This document shows positions 20,148 to 33,153 of a stretch of 64,000 nucleotides of DNA, one piece after another. The notes under the pieces were generated by a model. The model was not told where the DNA came from and did not search any database. It saw nothing but the letters and a program-made list of their open reading frames with translations. Position 1 is the first letter of the stretch; every line of letters starts with the position of its first letter. The position numbers and the translations under genes were made by a program. The stretch is taken from NCBI GenBank assembly GCA_963666975.2, contig CAXVYR010000004.1, forward strand, positions 1,440,001 through 1,504,000. The letters are read 5' to 3'. The DNA is from Terriglobia bacterium. Its GTDB lineage: Bacteria; Acidobacteriota; Terriglobia; 2-12-FULL-54-10.

Positions 20148-20657
20148 CTACCACTCACCGGCCTTGATCATCTTCCGGATTTTTCGCTGGATGAGGTCGC
20201 GTTTCAGCACGCTGAGGTGCGAAAGGAATAGCTTTCCGTTCAGGTGGTCGGTCTCATGGCAGGAGGCGCGGGCCAGCAGCCCCTCCGCCTGCATCGTGAA
20301 TTCCTTTCCTTTCCGGTCCTGGGCACGCACCGTCACCTTTTGGGGGCGCTTCACCGTCTCGCGAAAGCCCGGCAGGCTGAGGCATCCTTCTTCCTCTTTT
20401 TGGTGGCCCTCGACGGCTATGATCTCCGGGTTGATGATGACGATCCTGGCGTCAGGGTCCTTGCCGGAGGTGATGTCAATGACGGCCATATGTCGGGAGA
20501 TACCAATCTGCGGCGCAGCCAGTCCGACCCCGCTGGCGGCGTACATGGACTCAAACATCTCATCCAGCAGGCGGTCGAGCTTGCCGTCGAACTCCGTTAC
20601 CGGCTCGGCTTTCCTCGCCAGACCGTTATCGCCGAATTTGACTATTGGATGGATCAT
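20148..20657 (-). CDS. def: Peptide deformylase
   Basis: GVGLAAPQIG, EGCLS, HETDH. Confidence 0.97.
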   Translation of the reverse strand: MIHPIVKFGDNGLARKAEPVTEFDGKLDRLLDEMFESMYAASGVGLAAPQIGISRHMAVIDITSGKDPDARIVIINPEIIAVEGHQKEEEGCLSLPGFRETVKRPQKVTVRAQDRKGKEFTMQAEGLLARASCHETDHLNGKLFLSHLSVLKRDLIQRKIRKMIKAGEW

Positions 20658-20663
20658 GGAGGA

Positions 20664-21980
20664 TCACTCGGCCTGATTGCCGGCGGCCAAGGCCCTCGGC
20701 TTTTCCTCTATGGATTCGACCTCGGGAATGTCCTCGCCGGTGGCGGCCCCCAACTCCTTGAACTTTCGAGCCGAGATCAGGACACGGCGTTCGAGCGATC
20801 CGGTGGCGTCATTATAAGTATCCACAGCCTTGCGGAGCGCAGAGCCGACACCCTCAAAGTGCTCGGTAAATTTCCGTATGCGGTCGTAGAGTTCCTTTCC
20901 GAGGTCGCTGATCTGTTGTGCATTTTGCGCGAGCTGCACCTCTCTCCAACCGTATGCCACCGCCCGCAGCAGCACAATGAGCGTGGTGGGAGTCGCCAGG
21001 ATCACGCGTTTCTCCATCCCGTCCTCGATCAGACTCCTGTCCTGTTCCAGCGCCGCGCCGAAAAACGATTCGCCGGGAAGAAACAAGATCACAAAATCCG
21101 GAGCCTTGTCGAATTGCTCCCAATATTTCTTTGCTCCCAACTGGTTCATGTGCGCCCGGACTTGCTGGCCGTGACGGGCAAAGTGAGCGCGCCGGTCAGT
21201 TTCTGAGGCTGCCGAGGCGGCGTCGAGAAAGGCCTGCAACGGCACTTTGGAATCCACTGCAATGCGGCGGCCTCCGGGCAAATTCACAATCATATCCGGG
21301 CGTTGCTGGCCCGTTCCGCCCGTCAGCGTCTCCTGCTCGGTAAAGTCGCAGTGCTGCGACATCCCCGCCAGTTCCGCCACCCGTCGCAGCGTCATCTCAC
21401 CCCAACGGCCCCGCACCTGCGGCGTCCGCAGAGCAACATCGAGGCTGCCGGTCACCCGCTGCAGAGACTTCAGCTGATTCTCCAAACTTCCGTAGGCGTT
21501 TTGGCGGCTTTTTTCCATCTCCGCAATCTGCTTTTCATACCGCACCAGCGATTCCTTCAGTGGGTTGACCAGCCCGTCGATGGCTTTTTGCCGCGTTTCC
21601 AGGTCACCTTTGGCCTCAGCCTGGACTGTTTTCAACTCCCCTTTGGCCATCGCGACAAAGGATTGGCTGTTGTCTTTCAGCACGTCCGCCGCCAGCGCCT
21701 TAAATGTGTCGGTCAGCTTCGCTTCGGCATTTTGGAGCAGTGCCCGTTCCTCCTCCAGGGAGATTTGGACCTGATTTAATTTTGTTTCTGCGGCGACTTT
21801 TTGCTCGCTTTCCCTGCGGACCTGCTGCTGGAGGTCGTCGATCTGCCGGTCTTTCGCTTCCTGGCCTGCGTAGTGTTGCTTAATTTGCGAGCGGAGTTCG
21901 CTTACCTTGGAATTTGCCGCAAACCAAGCCGCCGCGCCTCCCAATACCAAACCCACTCCTAGCAATACCCACTCGTTCAT
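20664..21980 (-). CDS. rmuC: DNA recombination protein RmuC
   Basis: N-terminal TM, coiled coil, RGRWGE..L, RPD.IV.LPG, VDSK, ATPTTL. Confidence 0.93.
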   Translation of the reverse strand: MNEWVLLGVGLVLGGAAAWFAANSKVSELRSQIKQHYAGQEAKDRQIDDLQQQVRRESEQKVAAETKLNQVQISLEEERALLQNAEAKLTDTFKALAADVLKDNSQSFVAMAKGELKTVQAEAKGDLETRQKAIDGLVNPLKESLVRYEKQIAEMEKSRQNAYGSLENQLKSLQRVTGSLDVALRTPQVRGRWGEMTLRRVAELAGMSQHCDFTEQETLTGGTGQQRPDMIVNLPGGRRIAVDSKVPLQAFLDAASAASETDRRAHFARHGQQVRAHMNQLGAKKYWEQFDKAPDFVILFLPGESFFGAALEQDRSLIEDGMEKRVILATPTTLIVLLRAVAYGWREVQLAQNAQQISDLGKELYDRIRKFTEHFEGVGSALRKAVDTYNDATGSLERRVLISARKFKELGAATGEDIPEVESIEEKPRALAAGNQAE

Positions 21981-21997
21981 GCTCTCCGTCCCTTTTA

Positions 21998-22138
21998 GAG
22001 TCTGTGTGAAAACTATGGCGAAAGCAAAGCAATCCGAGCCGCGCGCGTCAGCAAGCGGTCCCTCAGCCTTCTTCAGCCTGCCCAGGTTTTGGAGACGCTC
22101 CCTGACGGTCGCGGCTCTGATGGTTTTCCCACAGACTC
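21998..22138. mobile_element. MITE/REPIN: inverted REP doublet inside 16-bp terminal inverted repeats
   Basis: gagtctgtgtgaaaac ... gttttcccacagactc (15/16); REPs at 22031-22060 and 22095-22121. Confidence 0.7.
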
Positions 22139-22150
22139 CTTTACACCCGG

Positions 22151-23323
22151 TTAAAACGCCCGAATCTGCTCCCGGTAGCCCTCGAAGTTTCGCCGCGTCT
22201 CATCGAGAGAATCTCCGCCGAACTTCTCGAGCAAACAGCGCGCCAGCACCAGCGCCACCATGGCCTCCGCCCCCACGCCAGCGGCCGGGACCACGCAGAC
22301 GTCCGACCGCTCGTAGGCCGCCTTCACCGGCTCTTTCGTCTCCATGTGCACCGACTGCAAGGGCCGCCGCAGCGTGGAGATGGGCTTAAGGTACCCGCGG
22401 ACCACGACATCCTCGCCGTTGCTGATGCCGCCCTCCAGGCCCCCGGCATGATTGGCGGGACGGGTAAAGCGCTGCTCGTCGCGGCTGTAGTCGATCTGGT
22501 CATGAACCCGCGATCCGTGCGAGACGGCGTTCTCTATCCCCGTGCCGATCTCCACCGCCTTGACCGCCTGCAACGACATCACCGCCTGGGAGAGTAAACC
22601 ATCCAGCCGCTCATCCCAGTTGGCGTGCGTGCCCAGGCCAGGGGGAACGTTATGCGCCACCACCTCAAAGATGCCGCCCAGGGTATCGCCCGTGCGCAGT
22701 ACCGCATCGACCGCCGCCTTCATCGCCATCTCGGCCTCGGCGTCGACGCAGTTGAATAGGATGTCTTGTTTGGCCGCCGTCTTCTTGATCTCATCCCATC
22801 CGGCTGTCTTCCCGGCATGGACCGCGCCCACGGCGATGACGTGGCTGAGCACCTCGATCCCAAATTGAACCAGCAGCAGTTTGGCCAGACCGCCGGCGGC
22901 CACCCGCGCCGCGCTCTCCCGCGCGCTGGCTCGCTCCAGAATATAGCGCGCTTCATGGAAATTGTACTTCAGGCAACCGGCCAGGTCGGCGTGCCCCGGA
23001 CGTGGCGGGTTCAAAGACTTGTATTTCGCGGCGGTCTGCTCCTGCTCCTCCACCGGAAGCGCTTCAGTCCAGTTCTCCCAGTCGCGGTTGGTGATCAGCA
23101 TGGCCACAGGCGCTCCGATGGTCTTGCTGCGGCGGACGCCGGAGAGAATCTCCACCTGGTCGGATTCGATCTTCATGCGGCCGCCCCGTCCGTAGCCGCC
23201 CTGACGGCGTTTCAGCTCGCGGTTGATGGAGGCGGCCTCGACAGGAATGCCCGCAGGAAGGCCGGAGACCAGAGCCACCAGCCCCTGCCCGTGAGACTCA
23301 CCTGCGGTTTGAAATCGCAACAT
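22151..23323 (-). CDS. aroC: Chorismate synthase
   Basis: TAGESHG, RRQGGYGRG, PRPGHAD, ERASARE, GGLEGGISNG, ERSDVC. Confidence 0.97.
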   Translation of the reverse strand: MLRFQTAGESHGQGLVALVSGLPAGIPVEAASINRELKRRQGGYGRGGRMKIESDQVEILSGVRRSKTIGAPVAMLITNRDWENWTEALPVEEQEQTAAKYKSLNPPRPGHADLAGCLKYNFHEARYILERASARESAARVAAGGLAKLLLVQFGIEVLSHVIAVGAVHAGKTAGWDEIKKTAAKQDILFNCVDAEAEMAMKAAVDAVLRTGDTLGGIFEVVAHNVPPGLGTHANWDERLDGLLSQAVMSLQAVKAVEIGTGIENAVSHGSRVHDQIDYSRDEQRFTRPANHAGGLEGGISNGEDVVVRGYLKPISTLRRPLQSVHMETKEPVKAAYERSDVCVVPAAGVGAEAMVALVLARCLLEKFGGDSLDETRRNFEGYREQIRAF

Positions 23324-23537
23324 AAGGCCGCCTGTACCTAATTGAAATCCTTAAACGCCCGCTTCATTTGGTAATTCGCTAGCTGATAAGCATACATCAG
23401 CTATCGGGCAGCGTGCAAAACGGCTGACGATGAAGATCGTGGGGTATTAGTGCGTTTCCAAAGTGGGTGTAAACCACGACGCGTTGTCATTCCGAGCCCC
23501 TTCGGCGTTGCTCAGGGCAGGCTCTCGCGGCTCGGAT

Positions 23538-23753
23538 TTACTTGCATCCGCAGGTGGTGGGAGTGCAGGCGCAGGAGCCGGAAGATGGCCCGGCATCACT
23601 CGCGCCGTTCTTGCCAGGGGTGCTGACTACGGAGAACTGCAGGGTATGGCGAGGGCTGCCGCACGACGGGCAGGCAATGGACTCGGTCTTGCTAAGAAGC
23701 AGCTTCTCAAAAGGATTTTTGCATGCTTCGCAAACGTATTCATAGATCGGCAT
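23538..23753 (-). CDS. FmdB-family zinc ribbon protein
   Basis: MPIYEYVCEAC...CPSCGS; Cys-rich tail. Confidence 0.85.
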   Translation of the reverse strand: MPIYEYVCEACKNPFEKLLLSKTESIACPSCGSPRHTLQFSVVSTPGKNGASDAGPSSGSCACTPTTCGCK

Positions 23754-23807
23754 AAAAAAAGCCCGGCATACAAAACTTCCGGCATAAAACAATCTCGGGC
23801 AACAAAA

Positions 23808-23850
23808 ATTCGGGTAACAATGTGCTGTTGCAGCACGCTGTTACCCGAAT
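23808..23850 (-). terminator. Hairpin downstream of the radical SAM gene
   Basis: attcgggtaaca ... tgttacccgaat perfect 12-bp inverted repeat with an inner stem; T-run follows on the minus strand. Confidence 0.55.
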
Positions 23851-23902
23851 GGATCATTCGTCACTCGTCATCCGTCAATTTAGATGCAACCGTCCGGACG
23901 GC

Positions 23903-25935
<2,033 letters not shown>

Positions 25936-26616
25936 CTGCTTATTGTCTCCTGACGAAAAGTTTCTTAAAGTAACTGGGATGCCTAAAAATGCAATTCCTT
26001 GATGATGTGCACCCACTCCTGAGCAGCATCATCAGGGGGCGCCCCTAGGCACCACGTAAGGTACACCTCTACTTAAATACCAGGCTATGCTAAAGCCTAG
26101 TTCCAGGGCAACCTAAGAGATTTTGATTAAACTGTGATTTTTCATAGCTGTATGGGTCAATTAAGTGCCCGAATGGGGGATCAAAGGAGGACACTTTTCG
26201 GAAAAGGTTGAAAAGGCTCGCCTACAAGTACCGTGCTTTCTTTATCTGGTTGAGGCAAGGGACGTCTGGGCGTAATCTTGCGGCATGGCTAAGATCACAT
26301 GGGAGCAGGTTTGGAAATGGATCGAGCGTGTCCAGACCTTCAAGTGGCTTGTTGGGCTTGTTGTGGCTGGCGGTATGATGACCTTTATTACCACAGTCCT
26401 GCAAGTCCTGGGATATGTCTCGGGGCCTTGGTTAATTGTGCTCGCTTGCGGAATATTCGCTCTGGTTTTGAGCGGACCAGTTTTCGCAGTAGAAAGAGGC
26501 TGGATTGCCCCAAAGCGGCAGAACAAAACGACTATGGCTACCCAGAAAGAATCAACGGCCACATTCTTGATAACCGATGTCCGCATAGCGAAGAGACATC
26601 TCTATCGCTTAAATCG

Positions 26617-28065
26617 GAAGGTGTCCCAAACTCAGTTGCAGGTTGGGACGGCGGGTTGAGTTCATATTACGCCACTTTCTCCTTGTGAGAGGAAGCAGCG
26701 TTTGGACTTCGGCCGAGAATCGATGCCAAAGCCCAGAGATCGTGATAACCCATGATCTTCCGGAAATTCTTCTCGGTCAGCAGAAACGCTCCTGCCACCC
26801 AGCGCAACGTCATCTCGCCGTCGCGCCAGCGGCAAACATTGCCAGTCTTTTTCCGCACGCCCGACTGCGGGCTCTCGATGAGGTTCGTGGTTGCCAGGCA
26901 GCGGTGGAGGCTGGGAGGAACGTCGGCTCGATTGATCGTAAAGGTCTCCTCCAACCCTTCGCGCAAGCTGGCGGCTGCTGCCGGATGATCGCACTCGATC
27001 ATCCCAGCGAGCTTTTTTATGCGCACGATGCCTTCCTCGGCTTGGGGCAATCGCCAGGCGGCGCGCATCAGCGACCGCACCTGATTCGCCAGCATTTTGT
27101 CGCCCTTTGGTAACCGCTCAGCCACGTTGCGCAGCTTATGAGTACGGCAACGCTGCACCAGCTGATTGCTGCCGAATACTTCCTCGATCCCCGCGCGGAG
27201 CGCTTTGGCGCCGTCGATCACAAACAGATAGCGCTGATCCGTGCGCAAACCTTGCTGGCGCAGGCGGGTGAGAAGGTCTTTCACCGCAGCGGCGTTTTCG
27301 GTCGCGCCCAGTTGAATCCCCAGCACATGCTTGCGGCCCTCGATGTCCACGCCCACGGCGCTGATGACGTGGTGGGAGCCGAACCGCATTCCGTCCAGGT
27401 AAATCACCAGAATCTCGACCTCCTCCCAGCGCCGCGCCAACAGTTCTTCCAGCCGCCGCGCTCCTTGCTCGGCCGCTTCCCGGCTCACCTGAGACTTCGA
27501 CACCCCAGCGCTGTTGGCCATCTCCGGGATCACCTCGCGGTAGTTCCGCGTCGAAACCCCTTTCAACAGTGCCTCGAACATCTCCTCGCCCGTCTTCTCG
27601 CTTTTCCGCAGTGCTTCGTAGGCCGGCACCGCTTCTTCCCCTCCGCCCTTCCGGCGCAGCCGGGGCCGCTCCACCCGCAGCTGGCGATCGGCCAGTTTCA
27701 CCCTCCCCAATTGCCGGCCATGCCAGCGCACCTCTCCGCTCGCCTTCCCGGGACTCTTTGGCCCCGCGATTTGCTCTGCGCTCATGCTCAGAATCGTTTC
27801 AATCAAACCTCGCCCGGCCCGATCAATCACCTCATCCACCGCCAGACGCGCCTCCGTGATCAGATCCACCACCGGCAACAGCATCTGTCCGTTGGTTTGG
27901 CAAAACTTCTGGATGGTTTCTTCGGCTCCCTTGGAACCCAGTTCCAAAACGTGATATTTTCCCTTCATTCGGCGGTTCTCCTTCTATAGGATTTAGGCTT
28001 GGCCCGATTCTATTCGATTCGGGCCGAACCGCCGTTCAACCTTCAACTATGTATGGGACACCCTC
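26617..28065 (-). mobile_element. IS256-family element copy 1 (transposase 26667-27968)
   Basis: YLDG, IDGAKAL, QRCRTH, TTNLIES; about 29-bp imperfect TIR; TSD TTAAATCG at 26609-26616 and 28267-28274. Confidence 0.93.
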
Positions 28066-28255
28066 CCTTTATTACCACAGTCCTGCAAGTCCTGGGATAT
28101 GTCTCGGGGCCTTGGTTAATTGTGCTCGCTTGCGGAATATTCGCTCTGGTTTTGAGCGGACCAGTTTTCGCAGTAGAAAGAGGCTGGATTGCCCCAAAGC
28201 GGCAGAACAAAACGACTATGGCTACCCAGAAAGAATCAACGGCCACATTCTTGAT
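28066..28255 (+). repeat. 190-bp copy of 26382-26571, followed by a second IS tip (gggacaccctc)
   Basis: Direct comparison. Confidence 0.92.
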
Positions 28256-28804
28256 GGGACACCCTCTTAAATCGAGAGCAACAGAGTAAATACACGAACC
28301 ATGTTCCACAACGTCATCAAATAGAGGATGAGATGCTCGGTCTTGTCGCAATATTTACAAACACTCCACCAGAGAGAACGGCTGGCGAATACATCTCGGA
28401 TGTACATGCGCAGTTATCCTTTCAAAAAGAAGGCGAGATAGAGCCAATACGGATTGACTATGGATGCTGGGTAGATGCGGATATTAACGAAGTGTCTTTC
28501 GCTCGTGGGGGCGCAAATGCCTTGATTCTAGCTGTTCAATTACGAGGGGGGGAACTTAGTTGGTGTGCAGTTGAGGATGGAAGGGATCAATATAAAAAAT
28601 GGCACGCCCCTGCATATTGGGAACTCTCAACACCGGCAGAGCTCTCCGTAACGGTCCGGTTGATCTCAAGCAATGGCAAATTAAATTCGGAGTATCTCTT
28701 TTCGGTTGATACTACGGACGAAGGCTCGATTGAGTATAAGGGAGAGAGCGGTGCCTAGCTCGACTAGCTGCCAAGGAGATTGTTCAATCAAGAGGTTGTT
28801 ACCT

Positions 28805-29534
28805 CTACGCTGCAACCGCCTCGCCCCTTTGGTGCGGTTGCAACTTTTGGGGCGGTCTTCCCCCATAGTTGGCCTTCCTCACGAGCAAGTCGGTCTTGAC
28901 CATGTTCCAGATTGCCCTCTTGGTCCGGTTGCGATAGTGGATTTTGGCCCGCTTCCGATAGTAACGGTTCGCCCGCTCGACATGGTTGGAGGTCCGGGGG
29001 CAGTCGATGTAGTCCAGGAAGGTGATGGCCTTGGCAAACTGCTCGGTTCGGAGCGTTCGGACCACTCTCTTGAGCGGGTCGCTGAACGAGTACAACTCAT
29101 TCTCGATGATCTCCCGACGTTTGCCCCAGGCCTCCAGGTGGGTTTGGTTTCGCGTGAAGAGGCCGAACACCTTCAGGACAAGGTCTCGGATCAGGCGGAG
29201 GCGGGCGTAGCGGGCGCTCAGTTCAGCAATGGCCGCCCGCTGGGTCTCACTCAGCTTCTCCTCTCGGCTCAAAAGGACGTAACGGAGGCCCCACAGCTTG
29301 CGGGAATCCTCTTTAGTGCCCACCTTTCGAGCAAGGACGCCCCGAAGGTCGTTGATGGCGGTCAGGACGTTCTTGGTAATGGCGCGGGTGTAGTGGAAGA
29401 TGCAGAGTTGCTGTCTGATCCCCGGCCAAACTTCTTTTGGGACGTTTTGGTAGATAGGTGCACCGTCGGTCACAATGACACTTGGATGAATCCCCAAGTC
29501 TTTAAGGTGTGTCAGGAATTGGCGAGCTCTTCTT
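28805..29534 (-). pseudogene. ISL3/Mutator-like DDE transposase, 5'-truncated by IS256 copy 2
   Basis: VTDG, QLCIFH, TSNHVERANR. Confidence 0.7.
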
Positions 29535-30983
29535 CAGGGTGTCCCATACATAGTTGAAGGTTGAACGGCGGTTCGGCCCGAATCGAATAGAATCGGGCCA
29601 AGCCTAAATCCTATAGAAGGAGAACCGCCGAATGAAGGGAAAATATCACGTTTTGGAACTGGGTTCCAAGGGAGCCGAAGAAACCATCCAGAAGTTTTGC
29701 CAAACCAACGGACAGATGCTGTTGCCGGTGGTGGATCTGATCACGGAGGCGCGTCTGGCGGTGGATGAGGTGATTGATCGGGCCGGGCGAGGTTTGATTG
29801 AAACGATTCTGAGCATGAGCGCAGAGCAAATCGCGGGGCCAAAGAGTCCCGGGAAGGCGAGCGGAGAGGTGCGCTGGCATGGCCGGCAATTGGGGAGGGT
29901 GAAACTGGCCGATCGCCAGCTGCGGGTGGAGCGGCCCCGGCTGCGCCGGAAGGGCGGAGGGGAAGAAGCGGTGCCGGCCTACGAAGCGCTGCGGAAAAGC
30001 GAGAAGACGGGCGAGGAGATGTTCGAGGCACTGTTGAAAGGGGTTTCGACGCGGAACTACCGCGAGGTGATCCCGGAGATGGCCAACAGCGCTGGGGTGT
30101 CGAAGTCTCAGGTGAGCCGGGAAGCGGCCGAGCAAGGAGCGCGGCGGCTGGAAGAACTGTTGGCGCGGCGCTGGGAGGAGGTCGAGATTCTGGTGATTTA
30201 CCTGGACGGAATGCGGTTCGGCTCCCACCACGTCATCAGCGCCGTGGGCGTGGACAGCGAGGGCCGCAAGCATGTGCTGGGGATTCAACTGGGCGCGACC
30301 GAAAACGCCGCTGCGGTGAAAGACCTTCTCACCCGCCTGCGCCAGCAAGGTTTGCGCACGGATCAGCGCTATCTGTTTGTGATCGACGGCGCCAAAGCGC
30401 TCCGCGCGGGGATCGAGGAAGTATTCGGCAGCAATCAGCTGGTGCAGCGTTGCCGTACTCATAAGCTGCGCAACGTGGCTGAGCGGTTACCAAAGGGCGA
30501 CAAAATGCTGGCGAATCAGGTGCGGTCGCTGATGCGCGCCGCCTGGCGATTGCCCCAAGCCGAGGAAGGCATCGTGCGCATAAAAAAGCTCGCTGGGATG
30601 ATCGAGTGCGATCATCCGGCAGCAGCCGCCAGCTTGCGCGAAGGGTTGGAGGAGACCTTTACGATCAATCGAGCCGACGTTCCTCCCAGCCTCCACCGCT
30701 GCCTGGCAACCACGAACCTCATCGAGAGCCCGCAGTCGGGCGTGCGGAAAAAGACTGGCAATGTTTGCCGCTGGCGCGACGGCGAGATGACGTTGCGCTG
30801 GGTGGCAGGAGCGTTTCTGCTGACCGAGAAGAATTTCCGGAAGATCATGGGTTATCACGATCTCTGGGCTTTGGCATCGATTCTCGGCCGAAGTCCAAAC
30901 GCTGCTTCCTCTCACAAGGAGGAAGTGGCGTAATATGAACTCAACCCGCCGTCCCAACCTGCAACTGAGTTTGGGACACCTTC
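29535..30983 (+). mobile_element. IS256-family element copy 2 (transposase 29632-30933)
   Basis: Near-identical to copy 1; no TSD; first base C rather than G. Confidence 0.93.
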
Positions 30984-31555
30984 CGACTTCTCGCGCTATA
31001 TCATCGCCTGGCGGCTGTGCAAAACCATGAGCGCAAGTGACGTCTCGGCCACGTTGCGGGATGCTTTGCAAGCCACCGGCCTCGACCGCGTGGGCGCCCG
31101 GCACAGACCTCGCCTCCTGAGCGACAACGGGCCGTGCTACGTCTCTTCCGAACTGCAATCATGGCTGGCAGAAAACAGCGTGCCGCATACTCGCGGCAAG
31201 CCCTATCACCCCATGACGCAGGGCAAGATCGAACGCTGGCACCGAACTCTGAAAGACCGCATCCTGCTCAACAACTATTACCTGCCAGAAGAGCTGGAGC
31301 GGCAGATCGATGCCTTCGTCAACCACTACAACACCAACCGATACCATGAAAGCCTGAACAACCTGACACCGTATGACGTTTTTACAGGCCAAGGCAGTGC
31401 CATCCTGCAAAAACGGGATCGCATCAAAGAGAAAACTATGATCTTAAGAAAACGGTTGCACTTCAAAAGAAGGGCAGCCTAACATCAACCCAGAGGAGCC
31501 TGAACGCCACCTTATCTTTTTATGCTCTGTGTCCAACATTATCTGACGACGTACA
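30984..31555 (+). pseudogene. IS3-like element 3' part (integrase core)
   Basis: DFSRYIIAW, SDNG, HPMTQGKIERWHRTLK, HESLNNLTP; ends ...gacgtaCA. Confidence 0.8.
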
Positions 31556-33009
31556 GTGTCAATATTCCCAATCCCCTCCACCAAAAGCGCCGCCAGCCGC
31601 ACTGAACCCCCGCCGCCACCCTGGGCTAGGGTGGAACCAGTTCCGGCAGTGACACCTATGACAGAAATTAATCCGTTCAGCGTGATTCGCTGCGCAGCGG
31701 CGATTACCAACGCCCCGCCGCCCCTCCCCCCTTCCGGGCCTTGGGTTACACCATCACTAGACGCCCCGCCATTTCCTCCCCCACCTCCTAACGGGGGATA
31801 TAGCGAGCCCGCTGCCGACAGCGAACCGGAGCGAGGACCGAAACCAGCGGGGCTAAAACCGCCTTGGTTGGAGCCATCCCCTTGTTGGAAAGATGAGGAT
31901 AGCGATGCAATGAGGGCAGTTTCTTCCAGGATTACATCTTGACAGGAGAGGATGATAACCGGAGGCCCCGGAACTGATAAAGAAGGATTGAAGAACCCCG
32001 CTGCCTTTCCGGGTGGTAAATGGATCGAAGTAAAGTTTAGCTTCCCATCGGGGAAAGCGGGAGTGCCGGTCACGCCGGGAAGGGTGGCACTGCTTATGAA
32101 ACCGCTCAACACTTCACCCGTATTCGGATCAATATCTCCACTGGAGTCAAGGAACACCACTTCGCCCGTATCCATCCTAACTATTGCGAAGAACGCACCC
32201 GCTGGCCAGACCAGCCCCTGGGTTGGGTCGGTATTGGCAGGGTCGAGTATTCCCTGTGCGCCGGTGCTGCCGCTGATCGGGGCCGGCGGCGGGTTGGGGC
32301 CCGGCCCGCAGAGGGAAGTCAGCACCGGGGGATTGAACTCCTGTGCGAAGCCATTGTAGACAACTTGTCCCTGAGAGAAGTTGTAGAAGCCGAAATTGCC
32401 GGACGTGTAAGTACTATCTGACACCACCCAGTTCTCGAGCACGGTGCCCCCTTGGGAAACCTCGATCTCAAACAGGCCGGGCGTGAAGTTCAGTCGGAAA
32501 TCGTAGTCGGTGAAATCGGCCCATGGAATGGTATTGTGCCGCAGCACAGTTATATTTGAACTGCCAGCAGTGGACCAGAACTCGGTTGCCGTAGGGTCCG
32601 CACCACCACTCACGTTCACCACCTTTAAGCTCATGCCTCGCTCGGCAAAGGTGGAGAATGCGGATTGATCCAACTGTTTCCAGTCAAACAGATAGTACTG
32701 ACTGCGATTTTGGAAACCGAATACGAATCCTATAAAGTCGTCGTCGCCATTCGTGTTAACGCGCAAGGACCCTTCTATCTGCTGATTTGTAATGTCAAAA
32801 TCACTCAGAAAGATCGCTGGATCGGAGTTGACCGTCTGTGTAGCGGTGGTGTTTGAGTTACTTAACACCCAACTGCTATTGGTCGATCCATACTGGACGA
32901 CGGTCCAAGTGCTGAGGTCAATCGGGACGGGCGCGGCAGAAACCGTGCTAAGCGACAGTAGCACTCCGAAGGCCGTGGCAGCGATCCAAAACCCGAAGTG
33001 TCTGATCAT
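31556..33009 (-). pseudogene. Exported protein with thrombospondin C-terminal (TSP_C) domain, 3'-truncated by IS
   Basis: Signal peptide; QTVNSDP, DDDFIGFVFGFQ, WKQ, GNFGFYNFSQ; Gly-rich region running into the IS end. Confidence 0.75.
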
Positions 33010-33040
33010 TTTTCCAGCTCCTCACTTAATCAAGGCGAGA

Positions 33041-33153
33041 CGTAAACCCACAGGCCGGACGATTACGGCGCTTGCCATCCAGCAAACAAGGAAGCTGCTC
33101 CGTAAACCCACAGGCCGGACGATTACGGCGCTTGCCATCCAGCAAACAAGGAA
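33041..33153. repeat. 53-bp direct repeat, 60-bp period
   Basis: 33041-33093 equals 33101-33153. Confidence 0.95.

Larger units (their letters stand above)
26285..28758 (+). pseudogene. Hypothetical membrane protein (about 271 aa reconstructed) interrupted by IS256
   Basis: Removing 26617-28274 joins ...HLYRLNR to EQQSK...EDEMLGLV in frame with ORF 28333-28758. Confidence 0.75.

Noticed and set aside
26617-30983. IS256 copies 1 and 2 as a composite transposon
   Set aside because: Copy 1 has its own TSD and the outer flanks do not match
33041-33153. Direct repeats as a CRISPR array
   Set aside because: Only two 53-bp units with a 7-bp spacer, and no cas genes
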